From Klebsormidium nitens (taxonomy: Eukaryota > Plantae > Klebsormidiophyceae): a stretch of DNA of 64,000 nucleotides. Where the stretch lies: the NCBI GenBank assembly GCA_000708835.1, contig DF237144.1, positions 85,669-149,668 of the forward strand, in the 5' to 3' direction. Below the pieces are notes generated by a model. It was not told where the DNA came from, did not search any database, and saw nothing but the letters and a program-made list of their open reading frames with translations. This document shows, in pieces, positions 24,044 through 35,662 of this stretch; positions within the stretch are counted from its first letter, which is position 1, and each line of letters opens with the position of its first letter. The position numbers and the translations under genes were made by a program.

Positions 24044-26869
24044 CGGGGTCGGGGGGTCTGAGTCGGAACCCAGGTTTGCTGGCGGGTTAGGGACAGGGTT
24101 AGGGGGCGGGTTGCTTGGAGTTGAAGGTTTGATTGTTGGACGAGGGGGCCTGCAGAGGGGAGAGTAATAGAATCAGACAGAATGTAGTTCAAGACCAGCA
24201 ATTAAAGCGATTGTTGAGCTCCAATCGGTTGCCTTGGCCATTAGCAAGGAGCGAAACTATGCCTGAAAGAAGCTAGCCTCCAATGGCGAAGCTTCTGTGA
24301 AAGGGGCATCTTAGCAGGAGACTTTAGCAAGGTGCAGAGCAGCAAACAGCCGGGATGTTTCAATCAGTCAATCACAGAGCAGAAGGAACAAAAGTAGCCA
24401 GGCTTAACGGAGAGGACGCTTCAAAATGAAGGCTATGCATGCAGGTTAGGACTAAGGGGCAGATGCAGTGAGTGCACAAAAAGGAGGCAAGTACAAAGAA
24501 GTAGAGTGTAAGCGACGGGCAATACTAGCAGAAAGACACTGGCTGAAGGGAAAGTTTTTGAAGAGCTTGGTACGAATTGACCTGTGAGGGTGCATAAGCA
24601 CTCGGTTACCCACAGCAAAGATAAGCAGGAGACACATAATCTTCATGATTGATTGATGGTGGGGCCGCAAGCCCTCATGTCAGTCAGAAGGTGGATCAAT
24701 CCCATCAATCCCAGAACTTCTGGGCGGGCACAAGATCGAGTGGCGGACTCCCTGAGTGAACGACCTTGATGACTTCTTCAGATTGGGAGTAGTTGTGACT
24801 AGCAATCGCGAGCCCCGTTGAGGCCGACGCCAGGGATCCAGCTGTCGACTAAGCAGATGCATCTTGGGGAAGCTCAAAAGTTACTCTTGTTGCCCTATCC
24901 AGCTGATTGACCGCAGGCGTTGACAAGTTCGTCTTAGTGGGGGTGAGTGTGACTACAAATCAGTACGCCCAACCGAAGCCCAAACAAACCAATAAGCGGT
25001 CAGCTAAGCATATGCATCTGCTCAGAGACAACTGTAGTTGCCGTATCGAGGCATCTAAGTCAAAGAGAGAACTGCAGAGCTCGACAAGTGGCAGCTCATT
25101 CTGCACGCATAGTTGACGCTAGATTGCCGCACTCTCCCCCAACAAAAGGTGGCCCCACTTTCAGAGATTCCCACGTCGGGAAAGCGTGATTGGGGGTGTT
25201 AATCATAGCTGGCTAGCCCAGGTCAAACAAGGCAGACAGTACCAGGAAATGAGCAATAAGCAAATCTCACATCATAAATCGGACACAGCCCAGACATAAG
25301 CAAGCGCCCCAAAGCCACAGCTTTCAGCCAGACATATTGAGTGTTGGAGTAGAGGTAGCTTCATGAAGAAATGTTGCTACCAGAGGATTGTAATGATGAT
25401 GCAGCGTTTGTCTTCTTGGTGTCACTAGATTTGAGAATATCGTAGAGGAAAAGAGACAGCCGATGACGAAAGTGGAACTGGTCTGTTGAGTGGTGGCAAG
25501 TCCAGAGAAGTTCTCAAGAAGCTCACACCGCCCTAGAAACCGCCAAGAAGATTGACGGAAGCAGCGCCTAAGCTCATGTCAGACTCAGCTGAGGGTCACA
25601 TGGGTCGCAGCCCATATGACATATGTCAGCCCAGCCTTTCACTTTCCTAAAGCCCAAGCCTGGAGAGTTAGTAAGCAACCCGGGTAGCAACATTTGTAAT
25701 GGTGGTCAAAGGAAAGTGGCTCACACACCAGGATAGACGTGCAAGTGACAGCCGCTCAAGGAAGACAACCACCAACGAAATAAACCCACCTTTTTCTTTT
25801 CAGTAGAGGCCAAAACGACAGCAGCCCTTTCTTGGAAACCCTTGAGCGCCGTAGGAGCAGACTGCCCTTTCAAAGTGCTGGCAACCCTTTCGTTTGCCCA
25901 ACTTTCTCTGCCGGCTCCCCCACAAGTTTACAGACGATGTCTCTGAACGATCTGCACGAAATGCTGTCTAACCGCAGGACTGCGTCCACCTTTTAATCCC
26001 TCAGCATTGGCCAATTTGCTTCAGGCTCTTCAAACCCTAAAAGTCGTGGGACACTAGCATAACTTCTGCCCCGCAAACAAACACAAGGAGTCCTCCATCT
26101 TTGACGTGACAAACGCATGAACAGGCAAAGACTCCATGCTTCAGATCTACCCAAAGGCTTCTAAAGAAAGATCGCATGTGCGAGGAGATTCAGAACGGCG
26201 CGCAGCGGAACCCGCCATGATGGATCTGTGAGAGGGAGGCGGAGGAGGGGCGCTAAAACGCCGTGCTTGGTATCCGGCACTGCCGCGAATGTTGCCGGCG
26301 GCATGCAATCTCCACAACTCCTCTCTAGCGGGACATCCGGGAAAGAACATCTGAGACGAACTTCACAACCCGCTAAGGGACCCATCGACAAGGGTCGTCG
26401 GCCCGTGCCGTCCTAAGATTTAGTGCGCCCGAAATTATCTCGTTGGGGCGCCACTTTCTGGAAGCATAGGAAGGTAACCTACAAATCAAAAGTAGGTCCA
26501 GCGTTACCCTCCAGCCGAGAGTCAACTGTTGCCAAATCCCGGATTCTTCGCGTTCCGGGAATCCGACTCGACTGATCCATGCACGATCCCCGCGCCGTCG
26601 ATCTGATGCAGAGCCCAGAGATCGTGCGGACTGTTTGTTTACCGTGCAAGTTCCCCGGGCATAGCGGCCTGCACTACCGAGGCAGTTCTCCGGCCAGCTG
26701 TACGTAAGCGCCGGGCTGCTTGTGGCTTCGACGGGGGGCTCCGCCCCCCCGCTCTTCAGCCCCTCCCCAGTTCGGGGCGCCTGGAGGTCTGTCCCGGGAG
26801 TACGGAGTCTAGCCCGGCCTATGCAATAGTATATTGATTGTAAACGTGGTCCACATAACATCAATCGGA

Positions 26870-26943
26870 GCTCGCTTAGCTCAGTTGGTTAGAGCGTGGT
26901 GCTAATAACGCCAAGGTCACAGGTTCGACCCCTGTAGTGAGCA
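26870..26943 (+). tRNA. tRNA-Ile-AAT: tRNA-Ile (anticodon AAT)
   Basis: GCTCGCT acceptor pairs with AGTGAGC. D arm TAGCTCAGTTGGTTAGAGC, anticodon arm TGGTG-CTAATAA-CGCCA, T arm ACAGG-TTCGACC-CCTGT. A Pol III T-run follows immediately. Confidence 0.95.
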
Positions 26944-27039
26944 GTTTTTTATATATCATCATCTACGTTCTGGCAGGAACTGGTTACCCAGGCAAAAGGA
27001 ACATCAACGCTGCTGCCTATCTCTTTTGAGCAGCCAGCG

Positions 27040-27290
27040 CTTTCTGTTCTAGCATTATCATTGGTGTTCTAGCATTGACATTCAGTTGACTATCTCTTTT
27101 GCGCAAGGGGTTCCCCACCCCGAGCCGGTGCTTTTATTGCTAGAACAACTCACAGTTGGCAGGAACACATGCAAGAACACCTCTACGAGCAGTTCGCTAG
27201 AACACATGCTAGAACACCTCACATGCAGAATCGCTAGAACATATGCTACAACATCTCGTATGCAGAATTGCAGTCTGGTGCGAACCAGCT
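27040..27290. repeat. About 240-bp direct repeat, copy A
   Basis: ctagcattgacattca...tttattgctagaacaa...caggaacacatgcaagaaca...gctagaacacatgctagaaca is shared with 29355-29600. Confidence 0.8.
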
Positions 27291-29354
27291 AATGTTGACT
27301 GGTTCGCACCAGCAGTCAACATTTACACGACCTCCCACCTTTTTCTGGTGCACAAGCCTTCTGTTGAGCATTATTATCTTCTAGCATTATTAGCTGGTGT
27401 CGTGGCGGAAGTGGAGCGAGTTTCGAGGCTGTCATATTCGGCGCTTCCTGCTGGCGTACACCGTTTCCATACGCCTCATCCTCCTAGAATAAAGCGTTCT
27501 TGCGTGCGTTCTCCTCCTGGCATAGCGTGCGTCTTCCTCCTGGCATATGGGCTCTTCCTACTGGCTAGGGCAGACGCTTTTCCTTGGGTGGCACTTCTTT
27601 GTCCACATTCGCGACGCCTGCCTGACACTCAACGCTTTCTGGCTCCGCTCTGACCAATTCTGCTGTCAACAGCTCCGCTAACCGAGACGTTGCCCCCCCG
27701 ATATGCTCGCTGTCAAGAACAAGATGCGATCTACCCACAACATTCGCAAGAACTTTGTACCAAAGAATCAGTCCCGGACAGTCTCGCGCCTCACCATTTC
27801 GCTGCAGAAATCGGACAAGGTGATGGAGCCGGTGGAGCTCCGTCTGAAACCGGGACGCCTTGCAACGAGCGCAAGCGGCTCGCCAGCAACGTCCAGGTGG
27901 TGAGTCAACCCGTCAACCGTTGTCATCATGAATCAACGTATATTAACGAATGATTCCCATCCGTCGGAACCTCACTTGACCACTTGCAAGTTGGGAAAAG
28001 CGTAAGAGAGCAGCACGTCGTGGCTCAGCGTCACATGAATATGTGGCGGCCACCTGATGCCATCCGCTTGAATGAGGTCGTCCTCGGGTGAGGAACTCTG
28101 GAAGAGCCGCCCTTGGTGTAGTCAGATTTGAAAGCAGGTCCGTCCTGCCCCCGTCCTGCAAGCCCTTCGATATTCACTATAGCGCCCTCTTCCTCGAAAC
28201 GGTCAAAAGTTAATCAACCATCACAGCACCGAGCCATCATGACGACGCTCAGCCTTTTTTTCCTCGGCAGGTCTGACCGTGTGTGCGTCCGCAGTCTAGA
28301 CAAGGGCCGCCACCAGAAGCGCTATCTTTACAAGTAAGCAAGGAGACAGGAATTTATAAGCAAGGCAATTGGTCAAAGATCTGAGAGAAGCACTTCTTTT
28401 AATTTCCTGGCACACTACGAAGATGCATCTTTCAACAAGTGAAAGATTGAGTATCTTGGCCTGGCATGAACGGCAGGGGATCTTATACATGCCCCATCAA
28501 CCTGGTCAGTTGCAGCCTACATTTAGGAACTGCGCAAAAGGCCAATTCTGTGAATTCCAAACCTCTTGAGACTCACCATGAAAAAGAAGACAGGGTGGCG
28601 TTCAGAGGGTGATCCATTCTCTGCCACGAAGGGCTTCAGAGCTGCATTTTCAACACTGTGTTTCTGCATGTAGTCGGAGTATTAAGTTCCACATAGATCC
28701 CCCAAGCGGCTTGATATGGTCAAATGTGGGACTCGCTTCACGCTTTGAGCTCGGCGTTGAAAGTTGCAGCCGCTTGGTGCCACTGACCACTGAAGGCCAT
28801 GTTGTCCTGTAGAGTTCCCAACAAAGGAGCTAGACAGATGTTGCTTAGCTTTGTCGTTTGCTACTAAGGTAGAATACATGCTCTTGCTTGTCACGACCGG
28901 CAGCGTCTTCCGCATTGTACATTTTACATTGATGAAATGTTCCCCTCTCGCCTCTCCCTGACTTCCTGACATTTCCACAAGCAAGGATGGAGCCTAGCTT
29001 GAAAGGTTCACAGAAATCTCCTTCGAGAATCTCGTGGATCAATTCAACTCGAGGGCACCTGACTAGGTCCTACTCCGACTAGTACTACGGTACTATAGTA
29101 GTATCAGATTCTTAGTAGGTACTCCTGAGCCTGAGCCTGAGGCTTGAGCGCAGCGGACCGTCCGAGCAGAGATGCCGACCAGCAGTAGCAGGCGTTGATC
29201 TGAAGCCTTTTCCTTCATCGGACGTACACGATGCAACGACCAGGCGTGCCCTCTGTTTATGCGGTCGATGGACGCAGTTGTTGACCATCCAACGGCTGCG
29301 ATCGAAACTAGAACAACCCAGACACAAAGAGCAGGAATGTATCCCAACACTTTT

Positions 29355-29600
29355 GTTCTAGCAATAGCATTCAATTGACTATCACAGATCGTGGTGTTCT
29401 AGCATTGACATTCAATTGACTACCTTTCAAGTTCTGCCATTGGGTTGCCTTCCTTTCCTTACCCCGAGCTCGTACTTTTATTGCTAGAACAACGAGCAGT
29501 TCACAGGAACACATGCAAGAACATCTCAACGAGCAGTTCGCTAGAACACATGCTAGAACATCTCATATGCAGAATCGCAGTCCGGTGCAAACCAATTAAG
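29355..29600. repeat. About 240-bp direct repeat, copy B
   Basis: Same orientation and motif order as 27040-27290, about 2.3 kb downstream. Confidence 0.8.
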
Positions 29601-29764
29601 GGCGCAATGCTGAAGCATGGAGGGGAGCGGAAGCTGTGAGAAATCTGTGCGGAACCAGCAGAGGAGGACTTGTGCAGCACCCATTCAGGTGAGGGCAGGA
29701 CGATATTTTGTTTGTCGCTGCAGGGACACCGGAGTTGACAAATCGTTTGGGCACCGGCAACAAG

Positions 29765-29940
29765 TGCAGGAGGCTAGCTTTGCTAGAACACTTTGCTAGA
29801 ACAGCGCTTGCTAGAACTGTGCTTCAGCTGTCAGCTTTGCTAGAATACGTTGCTAGAACAGCGCTTGCTAGAACTGTGCTTCAGCTGTCAGCTTTGCTAG
29901 AACACTTTGCTAGAACAGCGCTTGCTAGAACAGCACTCCA
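29765..29940. repeat. GCTAGAACA-based minisatellite
   Basis: A roughly 57-bp unit (gctttgctagaacactttgctagaacagcgcttgctagaactgtgcttcagctgtca) about three times, built from the same GCTAGAAC core as the direct repeats. Confidence 0.8.
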
Positions 29941-32900
29941 GGAAGTTTTAGGCTCATGGAAGTGACTGATTTGCCCAGTGATCATGTGAATCTTCAATGA
30001 TAGATTCAGAAAAACTATGGGTTGGTGCTGCATGTATCTAAGGTATCGAGCTGCAGCCCTCACCATCTCATGTGCAATTCTTGAGCAGGGACGAATCTGC
30101 GGAGAGTGCGAGCTCCTGCAATGCTGGAGCAGCCAAGCAATATCTTTTGCCTCAAACTTTTTCCTTTTTCCATCCTTTTCTACCCCGTCCCTTTCTGTTT
30201 TAGCCAGTATAATAGTAGGTGTCTTTCTTACCTTCGTTTCTCTCTTGTGTCCAATGATCAACTTCCACACCATATTAGCGGTACGTCAAACGGGTCTTTG
30301 CCGGGCCCCTCTGGCTATGTATGTGGCTTCTAAGATGCTGCAAGTCACCGCCATCTTTTTTACCATAAGTCGGGGGGGCTACCGCCCCCCTGGCCGAACC
30401 CCCCCGCTCCTCGTTCGTGCAGTGCGACTTTACGTCGAATTGGACGATAATTAGTTACTCATCATTTGGTCACTCACATGACAACACATCTGTTTCGGAG
30501 TCTCATACGACGGGCACGCGAGGAGGCGGTTTTTAGGGAAGCATCTTGCCGGTTGCGTTGTGACCTTCTCGGAAGTAGATGGAAGTGGAGCTCCCTTAGT
30601 CTGAGTCCTTGGCATATACCATAATCATTATGATTCAACTTAACCAAGGATCGCATCAATCCAATCGGAAAAAGGAGGCGGCTTCAAGTTATCATCCCTT
30701 CCCCTCTTCAAAGATCGGAGCCTGGCGGCATCCGGCACCAGTGTGCGAATTTCGGAAGCCATATTAGTATGTAAGCCCCGGTGTACATGCACGTTTGCAT
30801 GGTCTGTCCCATATATTTTCGTATATTTGGAAGGCAGTGACTAGATGAGCCTCCAAGCAACCGGCAAAATTAGAAGGATATCAGTCGATGCTTTCTATAT
30901 GGCATCGCGAAGTTTGCGAGCGGTCACCGATAAATCATTGAGTGTGAGGCAGCTAATGGAACCAAATATCCTTCCATTCCGCTATACATCTTGTTGAGAG
31001 CGTGATACCTCCACAGTAAAATGCATCCGATTCCGGGCCATCGATCAATTGGATAACGTATGAACGAACCGTGTCCGCTCTAGGAGGCTCCGAAGTAAGC
31101 CATCCTAGTAGTGGGCTTGCGTCGAGCGACCAGCCGCTAATCTGTATTAGCTTTATCGATCGACCGACGTAGTGAAGAGGCTTGACTTAGAAACGGAATA
31201 GAAAGTATTGGCGGCGGTTTGGAATTGCTTTCACATCCGACCGGTATGTACACTGAGGTATGCACCGCACTACGGAATTTTCTTGGTTGCGAGGAGAGGG
31301 GAAGTAGAGAGGATGCCCCGGGGATGCCCCGATGGCATGCAAGCTTTCGGGCGGCAAGGGCTTCAGGCTGAGAGATCGATTTCTTTAAAGAGATATTGTA
31401 TTCAAGTTCTCGGAGCAGTAACGAAGTACGGTTAAGTGTGGTCGGTTCGTTGCACAAACTTGGAAGAGGTAACAACCTACGGTCCAGACTACCCAAACCG
31501 GCCGCCGCACGGGATATCAGGCTTTTATGACGAGGGCTTCTCTCGAGCCTACTGGAGGAAGGTTTGTGTTTGTATGATAGACTTAATCAAGACTCTCTGG
31601 CAGAATCAACGAACTAAATGGTTCATAAAAAAGATGGAGTCTCCAGAACGTCGGCTTTGCCTACACTGGCAAACTTTTCTCGGAGTGAAGGTCCCCTCAA
31701 TAATATCCTACAAGATCTGACTGGCGCACACAGGGGGTTTTGAATGAGCAGCTGCGAGACGACAAGAATCGAACTTTATCGTGTTAACGTATCTGAGTTC
31801 AGAAACACCTCTACTGAGGAAACTCAGACGTCTACTACAGTCCTGTCACATCACGAAGGAGCGATCTAAGTCAAGCCCGAAAGCTTCGTATTGGGCGAGT
31901 CAATTCAGCCGGGCCGTCTTTACTACTAGGCCATTCGTCAGAAGCCCAATCACTGATGTGACTAGGTTGACATTGTGTAAGTTCACAAGAGGCGAGCCTT
32001 ACGAATTCGACAGACTCAGCCAGGGCTTCGCTTGACTTATCTCATGCATTGGCAGACTCTATTTGTATACCGCCGGGCATGGGAAATTGCAAGCGATTCT
32101 GAAATTAAGAGTTTATGGATTTACCAAGCTGCCGCAAAGGAACGTTCACTTTGTCCTCTGAAATGGTACGCCCGGCGACAGCGGCACAGACAAAGTTTCC
32201 ACTTTTGCAAACATTGGGAGCTTCCAGGTCGCGCGTGTGAGCAATCGAGTGATGATTCAAACGGACTCGCCGACTTCCTAATATAAAGGCCCTCATATCT
32301 AGATCAGCCTGGAATGAGGGCCTGAGTCGTGAATCAGCGACGAGGTACATGCGCAAAACACGTGTCGATCTTTGATAGGCGTCGACCAAAGAGAAATTCT
32401 GGACACCTCAGATGGAAAGCGCCGGCAATAGCGCAGACCGGCTGGGACGAGTAATATATTTAAGCCTGCGCTCAAGGAGTGTCAGGTCGTCGGCCTTTAC
32501 ACGTTGTGACTCTCCAACATTCAATACCTCAGCGGGGGCCGCATCAGGTCTAAACACGAAGTTTGTCCTGGCTGTGGGATCTCATTTCACTGACGCTGCC
32601 AGGTTTAGCTTTAAGGTCGCCGCAACAAGCTGATTAGCGCTGCGTCACGTCCATAGATTTCGGCGACCAACTTGGCGACTGGTGAAAAAGCGGTGTAGGT
32701 ATTCAAACGCCGCCGTTCCAATCGTGCGAAAGGGCACGCGCGCAGCCCAAAAGGGTGCCGAATCTTTGGCGCGCGCCCGTTTGCCCGGATCGAAGACCCA
32801 CTTGATGGCCCGCTTGGAGCGAATCTTCCCAGAAACTAGGTGTGCCTGCCAAAGGTGCGTCACCAAAGGCGCGTCACCCAGAGAGACTGCGGATGCAGGT

Positions 32901-34184
32901 GGAACGCCATTCACGGACGGCCACATCTGGAACGGTCAATATCAATGCATAACATTGGACAAGATACAAACTTTAGAGCTGCCAACGGGCTGGTACCGGC
33001 TTTGATTCGCAACGCCGACTGTCCGATTGTTCTTTGAGGAGAGTTCTGCCCTCAAGTCTCCGGGTCCAACTTCTCGTAATTCATTCCGTCGGCGGACATT
33101 CAGGGAGAGGGAAACCGGATTCCGACGGGGTTGTGAGCGGAAAGGAGTGGCTGGCGGAACCCTGAACCGCCAGGTGTCACGACAGGGCTAGATAAGCGAA
33201 AGAGGGAAATCTATGAGCAACTTTGGCGAACGGTCATTTCGTGACATATCTGGCACGATCAGGATGAGAGTCACAGCTTAAACGGGCAGACATCAGTAGG
33301 CGTGAGCAGATTCCGTTCTTTTGCAGCGGAATTCTGTCCCCATTCTGTCGCCGCGCCATTGTTTAAAAGAGACCGGAAGTCCCATGCGCGTTCGAGTCCA
33401 TACGCTGCAGCGAAGACTGATCGCGAGGACTCTGCCGGAGGGGCCGCAAACCATGCATGAGCAGCAAAGGAATCCGTTGTATCTCGGCGGAACTTTGTCT
33501 CTGATTGTCACGACGGGCCCGAAGCGGTACGCGGACGGAATCCGTTGGGTTCCAGATCAACAACCCGTTGGGTCCCAGGTTATATCGGCGGGGCGAACGC
33601 AGCACGCGAACGGTGGCAGTTCAAAATCAGCGAAAGATTTTGGGACTCATGCTTTTAGGACGGGCCTTGAACGATAAGCACGAACGGTTCCTCTTCGAAT
33701 CCAGCGCAATTGGCTTCTCGGGCGTCAATCCGGGCCACTGAGCAGGAAAGAGCACGAACGGAGTCCGTGGAACGCAGCGGATCGACATTTGCCGCCAGGT
33801 GTCACGACGGGCGAGAAGCACGCGCGAGAAGCACGCGGCACGTGCATAAACGCAATATTACTCGACGGTTGCAGCAGATTCCGACGCAAGGGCAGCTCAA
33901 CACGAACATGAGAAGCAGAAGAGGGCACGAACGGGCAGCAGTACATTCCGCGGCTCGATCTAGCGGACGTCCGCGGCGGTTCAAGCGGACCTGCAAATCA
34001 CACTCGCCGTCACCATCGTGGTCATCTGTGCAGCAGCCATCTTTCACGCCGTCCAGATTGTGACACGTGTCGTTAAGTCGGCACTGCCGGGAACGAGGAT
34101 ATCCGTTCATCTCATAAAGGGACGGTGGCTGTGCCAGGACCAAAGGAAAGTCGTTTTCGAGACCGCGGCGCAAAGCGTCTGATA

Positions 34185-34330
34185 TGGGTGATTGGTTAGA
34201 CTTTCGGTTAGATAGTTGGTTATCTTGGTTAGACTGTTGACTGGACAGTTGGTTGGACCATGTTGGTTAGACTGTTGGCCAGACTGACATCTGGTTAGTC
34301 CGTTGACCAATCTGTTGGATAGACTGTCCT
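34185..34330. repeat. Degenerate short tandem repeat (GGTTAGACTGTT-like)
   Basis: Repeated ggttag/gactgtt units. Confidence 0.6.
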
Positions 34331-35662
34331 TCGAGGCGCTTCTTCGTGTTTGACTTTTAGCCAATTTTCGTACCGAAAGCTTTAAGTCCTACGAGACTCG
34401 ATTGTTTCGCAACTACTCCAGGAAGCACGAAAGATTGCTTGCCAGGATAGCAGACTTGACGATTGCACCCGACTCACCTGGACCGGGTCCGAGACGGTCG
34501 GTAGACCTTTTCATCGGTGCAGATAGGTGGCTGTAGTCTCCTCAGTGCGTTTGGTTTTTCCACGCAGAAAGCTTTTTGATTGAGGGAACTTGACACATGC
34601 CAGCCGCATGGTATTATCATTGCTACCGGCCCTGGCATTGGCCTCCAACCGTCATGCAACTTATCATATAGTAAGCCGCCAGCACATGGCAACGGACTTG
34701 GCAGAAGGAGTTTCAGGGGCCTAGGATCTACAAATCAGTGAGCCATGCTCCAAAGCTTCATCGACCGTACCCCGTCTAGCCACTCTAAAGTTGTAAAGTA
34801 AGCTTTCGATCAAACGTGCTAACAGTATGCATGATGCTTTGCCATGTGCGCGCCAGCGCTTGTTTGCTTCGAGTGTGCATGCTTGTACTGTGCCAGTGCA
34901 TGCACGTCACAGTGACTTAACTTCCATGCACGTGTCAATCAGCAAAGATATTCTAAATCAGTACTGTTGCAACTCTGGCAGCGCGGCGGCCACTGGCAGC
35001 TGATAGGAAGCGGCGGCCAATTCATTGATTAAGTTCAACCTGGATTGGCGTACCGTCACGAAGTTGCCGACGAATTGATCAGGTCACCATTGTGCAAACA
35101 TATGCCAGCCCTGCCAGGTGACAGGATTCAGGCGGCCGAGTACGGGGCCGGGTACTAATACCCGACAAGCTTGCCGGGTGTACGGCGGCACGGTATACGA
35201 GCAAGCCTAGCTGCCAAACTGACAACGTATGGACTATGGTATTAGTAACGGTCTGACCGTGACTGTGATTGAGGCGTTGATCGAAGCGAGTGCAGTACTA
35301 TAGAGCCCAATGGTCGATCCTGAGTTTCCTTTTTGGAAAGTCGACGCCATGGATGTAACAAGATCTGACCGGCTCTTTTGAAAACAAAATTCCGGCAGGT
35401 TGGCTCTTAAGGACGGGGTTACGTGAAGCACTTCAACCTATTCTATGTCAATCGTCTTTTGCTGTCCTATGCTAATGCATACGCAGGCTCAATTTAGTCC
35501 AGCTTAAGATCCCAATGATGGGCCGCCGATTAAGAGTCGGAGTACTTCAACTGAAACGGGTAATTAACATAATTAACAACCTCTGCCCAATTTAAGACCT
35601 GGACCTGTGACCACAGCACATTGGCATACCATACTACGCAGCCCAGTAACGTACACTAAGAA

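Noticed and set aside
28440-28500. YKIPCRSCQ resembling the GIY-YIG motif of Penelope-like elements
   Set aside because: The following YIG and Arg/Glu residues are absent and no RT is nearby; too short to support.
31208-33005. Chain of short ORFs that could be a decayed gene or transposase
   Set aside because: I recognise no domain motif and could not build a consistent splice model. Left unassigned.
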